NCBI GenBank assembly: GCA_965652295.1
Contig: CBFGTS010000001.1
Span: 588,493-652,492 of the forward strand
Length of the DNA stretch: 64,000 bases
Source of the DNA: an uncultured Haloferula sp.
Lineage (GTDB): Bacteria > Verrucomicrobiota > Verrucomicrobiia > Verrucomicrobiales > Akkermansiaceae
Direction: 5' to 3'
The translations under genes and the position numbers were made by a program. The first letter of the stretch is position 1, and each line of letters starts with the position of its first letter. This document shows, one piece after another, positions 58,716 to 64,000 of the stretch. Below the pieces are notes generated by a model, which ran no database searches, was not told where the DNA came from, and saw nothing but the letters and a program-made list of their open reading frames with translations.

Positions 58716-60179
58716 ATGTCACAGACGGTCGTGATTGGTGCTGGTCCAGCCGGGCTCACCGCTGCCTACGAGCTGGCGCGGCGGGGAAGGTCTGTGGTTC
58801 TTCTTGAGGTGGCTCCGACGGTGGGTGGCCTGAGCCGCTCATTTACCCTCTGGGGGCAACGGGTTGATCTCGGTCCTCATCGGTTTTTCAGCCGCGATGC
58901 CCGGGTGGACGCTTTCTGGCACGAGATGGCTGAAGGTCGATGCCATTGGGTGACGCGACTGACCAGAATACTCTATCGAGATGACCTTTACTCCTACCCC
59001 TTGAAGCCCTTCGAGGTGCTTGGGAAACTGGGTGCCCCTGAAGCGGCACGCTGCGTTCTCAGCCATGCGGCCACCAAGCTCAAGCCGAAGCGGGCCAGCG
59101 GCCATGAGTCCTTTGAAGATTGGGTGGTTTCGCGTTTCGGTCGCCGGTTGTTCGAAATCTTCTTCAAAACCTATAGCGAGAAATTGTGGGGAATACCGTG
59201 TGCCGGGATCGACTCCGATTTCGCCGCTCAACGAATCCAAGGCTTCAGTCTTTGGGAAGCGCTGGTTCATGCAGTTCCAGGGCTTCGCCGCAAGCACGCC
59301 ACCTTGGTTGACCGCTTCGCTTATCCCTCCGGAGGTGCGGGGATGATTTATGAAAACCTGGCGCGAAGAATCGGCGAACTTGGCGGTGACGTACGCCTGG
59401 GAACGTCGGTGAAGAGAGTGCTGCTCTCCGGCGGCCAGGTGACCGGTGTGGAGCTCTCCGATGGTGGTCGGATCGACGCCGGAAACGTGGTGTCAACCAT
59501 GCCTCTTACCCGCTTGGTAAAAGGCTTGGAAGGAATATCACGGAGGGCGATCAGCTCCGCGAATCAATTGAAGTTCAGGAACACGATCATCGTCTATTTG
59601 CGGATAGGACGCAGGAATCTGTTCGACGACAACTGGATCTACGTGCACTCGCCCGATCTCAGAGTGGGGAGAATCACCAATTTCTCGAACTGGGGGAACG
59701 AAAACGAGTCCGACGACGATCAAAGTATTCTCGCTCTCGAATACTGGTGTGACGGTGGCGACAGCCAGTGGCAAGCGGACGATAAAGTTCACATCGGAGT
59801 GGCCACGGACGAAATCCGGAAGACCGGGTTGATTGGAAATGCGCCTGTGATCGAGGGGCATGTGGAGAGGATCAACCGCTGCTATCCCGTCTACGAACGG
59901 GGATACAAGGATTTGCTGACACCGATTCGCGACGAACTCCGCAAAATCCGGGGGCTCCAAGTCATCGGTCGCTACGGAGCCTTCAGGTACAACAATCAGG
60001 ACCACAGTATCCTTATGGGAATGCTGGCTGCCGAGAACGTTGTCGATGGGGCGGGACACGATTTGTGGACGGTGAACACCGACTTCACCCAGTATCAGGA
60101 ATCAGAGTTGGTCGGTACCTGTCGAAGCGAGGGAGCAATGTTGAATGCTGAAGGCGCTGAAAATAAAGGAATTGCATGA
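58716..60179 (+). CDS. FAD-dependent oxidoreductase (protoporphyrinogen oxidase/UDP-galactopyranose mutase-like, glycosylation-locus type)
   Basis: IGAGPAGL, VGGLSR, DLGPHRFFS, GRYG.F.YNNQDHS. Confidence 0.85.
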   Translation: MSQTVVIGAGPAGLTAAYELARRGRSVVLLEVAPTVGGLSRSFTLWGQRVDLGPHRFFSRDARVDAFWHEMAEGRCHWVTRLTRILYRDDLYSYPLKPFEVLGKLGAPEAARCVLSHAATKLKPKRASGHESFEDWVVSRFGRRLFEIFFKTYSEKLWGIPCAGIDSDFAAQRIQGFSLWEALVHAVPGLRRKHATLVDRFAYPSGGAGMIYENLARRIGELGGDVRLGTSVKRVLLSGGQVTGVELSDGGRIDAGNVVSTMPLTRLVKGLEGISRRAISSANQLKFRNTIIVYLRIGRRNLFDDNWIYVHSPDLRVGRITNFSNWGNENESDDDQSILALEYWCDGGDSQWQADDKVHIGVATDEIRKTGLIGNAPVIEGHVERINRCYPVYERGYKDLLTPIRDELRKIRGLQVIGRYGAFRYNNQDHSILMGMLAAENVVDGAGHDLWTVNTDFTQYQESELVGTCRSEGAMLNAEGAENKGIA

Positions 60180-62014
60180 ACGGACAATCATTGGGCGAAC
60201 CTCCAGAAAAGGCTGCCGGCAACCCGGAGCGTGGGCGGGACCTTCTTACGAAGGCAGAGCACTTTTACTCCGGATGGATTCTGGCCGTGATTCTGGCGCT
60301 GGGGTTCCAACTTCTCTATTTTGCCTACGCCACAAGTCTTCCGGGCCCGTTCATTTTTGATGATGTTGAGGCGATCGCGGCCAATCCGGATTTGCGGACC
60401 GACTTCAATCCGTCCGTGTTTTTCCGGGATCACGAAACCTCGCTTCACTTCGATCGCCGGCCTGTCCCGGGATTCGTCACCTGGCTGGATTTCAAAATCC
60501 ACGGCTTTCGGGCTCCCGGTTATCGCATTACCAACCTGTTTCTCCACCTGTTTACCGCCTGCTCGGCGTTTTGGCTCATCGTGAAACTGGCGCCCCGCTT
60601 CGGGTGCCCGTGGCCACGCCTTCTCGGACTGGTAACCGTCCTACTTTGGGCGATTCATCCCATCGCGACCAATACGGTCAGCTTTATTTTCCAGAGGAAC
60701 GAGTTGTTGATGTCTCTCTTTTACGTTCTGGCCCTGCTGGCGCTCGCGAAAGCCCAGGGGACCCGATCCGTCCTTTGGCTCACGCTATCGTGCTGTGCCG
60801 CCGTGCTCTCCGTCCTCTCGAAAGAAACGGGGCTCACTTTTATCGTTGTGGCTCCACTCCTGGAAAGATTGGCGTGGTTCAGGTCCTTTCGGGAGCTTCT
60901 TCGTCAAAGAGGATGGTTCTACGGGATCCTCGCGGTGGGGTATGGGGTGCTGACCTTATGGATCCTAACCGGGGTGCGAATGAGCGAATTAGCCGAAACC
61001 GGCATGTATTGGGATCATCCATGGGGGTATTTCAAGTTCCAGTGCTCGGCTCTGCTGAAGTATTTGTATTTGATGGTCTGGCCTCACCGTTTGAACTTCT
61101 TCTCGCTGCCGCTTGGGTGGGATGCGCCGGCCAAATGGGTTCCCTCCTTGGGAGTGCTCCTCGCTCTGGGTGCCGCGGTGATCATTCACGGCAGAAGGGA
61201 GAAGTGGCTCTGGGCCTGCGCAGTTCTCCTTCTGGGCCTTCTGGCACCGACGACTTCGATCCTACCGATCCCTTTGGAGCCTTATGCCGAATTCAGAATG
61301 TATCTCCCTTCCCTCGCCGTTCTTGTGACGTTGGTCGTGCTTCTGGGTAGGGCAATCGCCCGGGCATCGAGAGGAGCCCGCGGGGCGATGCAGGCAATGG
61401 TCTTGATAGGGGTGCTTCTGGTCATCGCCGCGATTCTCACAGGGCTCACCAGGAGCCGGAACCGGCTTTATGCCTCGTCAACGTTACTTTGGGAAAACGT
61501 GGTGAGGCAGGAGCCGAGGAACGGCAAGGCATGGGGGAATCTGGGAATAGTCCATCTCCATGAAGGGCGGTTCGAAAAGGCAGAAGCTTGCGGTCGTACG
61601 CTCCAAGCCATGGGAACCGCTCTAAAAGACGAGGCTGCAGTCCGGGCGGGAAGCCGTCTTCTAGCGCTGGTTGCTTTGGAGCAAGGAAGGCCGCAGGAAG
61701 CATTGAACACCCTCCGCGAAATCGCACAACGGGCTCCAGAGGAGCGTTCAGCTCAGGTCGATTTTGCTTTGGCTTTGGTAAGATCCGGCCATCAGGAGGA
61801 GGCTGAAGTGACTGTTCGTAAACATCTTGTACAATATGCTCATGACCCGTTCGTTCGAATGTTGATGGCGGAGGTGGCAATCGAAGGAGGAAGGTATGAC
61901 GACGCGAAGGCGCTTTTAAATAGCTTGGAAAGCGAACTTCCGGGGGAGCCGAGAGTAGGGAAGCTCTTGTCGATGCTACAAAAAACCGAAGGAGGAGAAA
62001 CGATGCTGAGGTGA
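60176..62014 (+). CDS. TMTC-like GT-C membrane glycosyltransferase with C-terminal TPRs
   Basis: FIFDD luminal motif, N..LH, WAIHP, R.ELL, LSKE, AE.RMYLPS, R...Y.S...LW, then TPR helices. ATGA overlap with the upstream gene. Confidence 0.78.
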   Translation: MNGQSLGEPPEKAAGNPERGRDLLTKAEHFYSGWILAVILALGFQLLYFAYATSLPGPFIFDDVEAIAANPDLRTDFNPSVFFRDHETSLHFDRRPVPGFVTWLDFKIHGFRAPGYRITNLFLHLFTACSAFWLIVKLAPRFGCPWPRLLGLVTVLLWAIHPIATNTVSFIFQRNELLMSLFYVLALLALAKAQGTRSVLWLTLSCCAAVLSVLSKETGLTFIVVAPLLERLAWFRSFRELLRQRGWFYGILAVGYGVLTLWILTGVRMSELAETGMYWDHPWGYFKFQCSALLKYLYLMVWPHRLNFFSLPLGWDAPAKWVPSLGVLLALGAAVIIHGRREKWLWACAVLLLGLLAPTTSILPIPLEPYAEFRMYLPSLAVLVTLVVLLGRAIARASRGARGAMQAMVLIGVLLVIAAILTGLTRSRNRLYASSTLLWENVVRQEPRNGKAWGNLGIVHLHEGRFEKAEACGRTLQAMGTALKDEAAVRAGSRLLALVALEQGRPQEALNTLREIAQRAPEERSAQVDFALALVRSGHQEEAEVTVRKHLVQYAHDPFVRMLMAEVAIEGGRYDDAKALLNSLESELPGEPRVGKLLSMLQKTEGGETMLR

Positions 62015-62132
62015 CATCCTGACGCAGCTTCACCTCAGCAGCCCGGCCTCCGAACATGCCATGGGAAAAAATTGATCGCAGAGAAGTTTCCGCTTGTTCC
62101 CTGAGGTCTCACCACTTAGCAGAGGGCCTTAT

Positions 62133-62957
62133 ATGAGAGTCTGGCCGTTTATCCTTTCCGTAACCGCTGTTTCGATAGCAGCGGAAATGGTTGGTGATCA
62201 GGGAGAAAGGGACGCTTCTGAGCGGCAGTCGCCTGAAGCGCCTCGCAGCCGGTCGCGGGTTGAACTGGAGTTGAAATTGGCAAAGGCTGATCTCGGGCTT
62301 GTGAATGCCGGGGCGGATCTGGATGAGAAGAGACGGGTGTTTGCAGGTATCATCGAAGACCATGGGCCTGTGGATGAGCCTGTAAGCCCCGTCGAGGAGG
62401 ATTCCGCAGAGGCGTTGGAGCCAGTGGAACTGGTTTTGCCGTTAAGGGAGGGGCTGACAGCGGAGGAGTTCTTTGATGAGGCGACCATGTTCATGGCTGG
62501 GCTGCAAGCCGCATGTTCGCGGGATCTTCGCTCGTCGGGAGATCTTGACGCAGCTCGCAAGCTTTATGCGGAAATGCTTGAGAAGGAGTCGGTGAAGGGA
62601 CTGCTTATCGAATTGGAGGAGGTGCGTGAGGAGCTGGCTCAGGCAACCGCTCCTGAAGAGGAGGGTAGGGTCTTGCCGACGGATGACGGTACGGACCTTT
62701 CCACCGGAGAAGCGGCTGCGGCAATGGTCGCCCGGGAATGGGAGGCTCTGGTCGAGGAAGGTAGGGACGATGATCTTGAGGAAGTTCGGCGAAGGATGGA
62801 TCTGGCTCATGTTGCTGCTACTCAAGAGCTTGAGACGGAAAAGGAGGCACCTCCTCCGCCGGACATAAGAATTCGCCAAAGGATCACCGAGTTGGAAACG
62901 GAGCTTGCCGCGACCAACAACCATTCGACCAATTCCACCCCGCCACCGACACGATGA
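62133..62957 (+). CDS. Acidic, helical secreted hypothetical protein
   Basis: Signal-like MRVWPFILSVTAVSIAA; very Glu-rich coiled-coil-like sequence; ATGA overlap with the next gene. Confidence 0.65.
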   Translation: MRVWPFILSVTAVSIAAEMVGDQGERDASERQSPEAPRSRSRVELELKLAKADLGLVNAGADLDEKRRVFAGIIEDHGPVDEPVSPVEEDSAEALEPVELVLPLREGLTAEEFFDEATMFMAGLQAACSRDLRSSGDLDAARKLYAEMLEKESVKGLLIELEEVREELAQATAPEEEGRVLPTDDGTDLSTGEAAAAMVAREWEALVEEGRDDDLEEVRRRMDLAHVAATQELETEKEAPPPPDIRIRQRITELETELAATNNHSTNSTPPPTR

Positions 62958-63454
62958 AAATGAAGATCAATCCAAAGCGAGCTCGTGCTGCCATTGCAGT
63001 TGTCGCGCTTGCCAGTGTTCCCGTTACCGTTTTGGCAGATTATTTCTATGACGCCCATGTCCAGTATTGGGCGCAGATCGGTGGCTATTATAGCTCCTCC
63101 TCTTCGGGGGGGTACGGTAGTAGTAGCGGGCTGCTGATTGTCGGTAATAATATCAATCTGCCTTATTGGGTGTCTGATTCGCTTATAGCAGGGTACTCTC
63201 TCAATCTCTACGATAGTAATTCGATCGTCTTTGGTCGCTGGAACAAGAACACGTCTGGCACCGACCTCTTTGTGGTGGGCAACGGCACAAGTTCTGTGAC
63301 GACCCAGAATGAAATGGAGATCCTAAAGGACGGGACGATCCACATGGGTGACGATGGCAGCGGCAGCTACGCCTTTGAAATCGATGCGGATGGAGAAACG
63401 ATCCGGATCAAGCCGCAAGGTGACATCGATATGGGAATCTATTCGGGTTCCTGA
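62954..63454 (+). CDS. Small secreted hypothetical protein with adhesin-neck-like motif
   Basis: Signal peptide; GRWN......LFVVGNGT.....N..EILKDG; C-terminus I.PQGDIDMG.Y. Confidence 0.7.
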   Translation: MKMKINPKRARAAIAVVALASVPVTVLADYFYDAHVQYWAQIGGYYSSSSSGGYGSSSGLLIVGNNINLPYWVSDSLIAGYSLNLYDSNSIVFGRWNKNTSGTDLFVVGNGTSSVTTQNEMEILKDGTIHMGDDGSGSYAFEIDADGETIRIKPQGDIDMGIYSGS

Positions 63455-63547
63455 CCATGACGTTGTTGGTAGGTTGAAATGAGGTTCGGGCTAGAAGCGG
63501 ATGAGAGCCCCGTGCGGGCTCATGAAAGAAACGGTCTCAATAAGAAA

Positions 63548-64000
63548 ATGGAAACCCTACGGCAATGGAAGATGCTCGCTGGCGCGGCATTGGCGGCTTG
63601 TCCGTCGTTATCAGCTCAGGACCCGGCATGGTGGACATGGGGAGACACGGCGGTTCTGAACTCGAATCCAACCAACAACGCGGGTCCGGCGAATTTGGGC
63701 CAAGCCAAGAACATGGTGGCCGCGGCGCTTTCTGCCATGCGGGTGGAGCGTCCGGACCTGGCCGATTTGGTGGAGTCCGATCTCGTCGGCGTGAACAAGC
63801 CGATCTTCTCCCTTCTTCCGCCGGGCAATCAGACCGAAGTGGATGCCAACCACGCGCCTCTGGTGGTCGGCCAACTGAAGGCGATTTCGGCACCTTTTTA
63901 CGAAGTGCTACACGATGATGCGGGAACGACATCCTGGCTGGAAGCTGAATTGACCTACGCGCAGACGAAGGATTCGTCCGATAGCACGAATTATTTCCCG
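63548..64000 (+). CDS. N-terminus of a secreted protein with GQ(A/L)K repeats (3'-truncated; not in ORF track)
   Basis: Manual translation is open to the window end: METLRQWKMLAGAALAACPSLSAQDPAWW...PANLGQAKNM...APLVVGQLKAISAPFYEVL...NYFP. Confidence 0.75.
   Translation, partial: METLRQWKMLAGAALAACPSLSAQDPAWWTWGDTAVLNSNPTNNAGPANLGQAKNMVAAALSAMRVERPDLADLVESDLVGVNKPIFSLLPPGNQTEVDANHAPLVVGQLKAISAPFYEVLHDDAGTTSWLEAELTYAQTKDSSDSTNYFP

Noticed and set aside
63537..63932. Short ORF-track calls at the right end (63537-63932, 63565-63918, 63611-63874, 63616-63828)
   Set aside because: They are superseded by the open plus-strand frame from ATG 63548, which has a signal peptide and repeated motifs.

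Overview
High-GC bacterial DNA, most likely Verrucomicrobiota (Luteolibacter/Haloferula-like). This is inferred from the PEP-CTERM proteins, an ECF sigma/Ser-Thr kinase pair and the repeated 'DxDGDG...RxFxRL' C-termini. Five blocks are visible. (1) 1-7470: three secreted proteins sharing one ~210-aa domain ('A'): a PEP-CTERM protein, an A-Ca-repeat-A protein and an A-PQQ-sugar-dehydrogenase/diheme-cytochrome fusion. (2) 7710-17481: an orphan ABC ATPase, then a type I restriction-modification operon (hsdM-hsdS...hsdR). Four defence-like cargo genes sit between hsdS and hsdR: an ApeA-like HEPN protein, a PD-(D/E)XK nuclease, a DUF488 protein and its partner. (3) 17581-33915, minus strand: an ECF sigma and kinase followed by a second domain-sharing set built on a different domain 'B' (B-repeat-B protein, PEP-CTERM protein, GH29 fusion), a second dehydrogenase/cytochrome fusion and a flavin-dependent halogenase. 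(4) 33950-58595: an AraC-linked L-fucose/glycan utilisation cluster (2 GH29, 2 GH95, GH2, GH31, lyase-like proteins, fucP, fucU, fucI) that also holds a collapsed GH95 remnant. (5) 58716-64000: a compositionally different block (FAD oxidoreductase, TMTC-like glycosyltransferase, secreted hypotheticals). No rRNA, tRNA, CRISPR array, integrase or transposase was recognised. The most notable items are the twice-repeated 'shared-domain PEP-CTERM triad' architecture and the RM-embedded defence cargo. All calls come from motif recognition by eye; no database searches were run.
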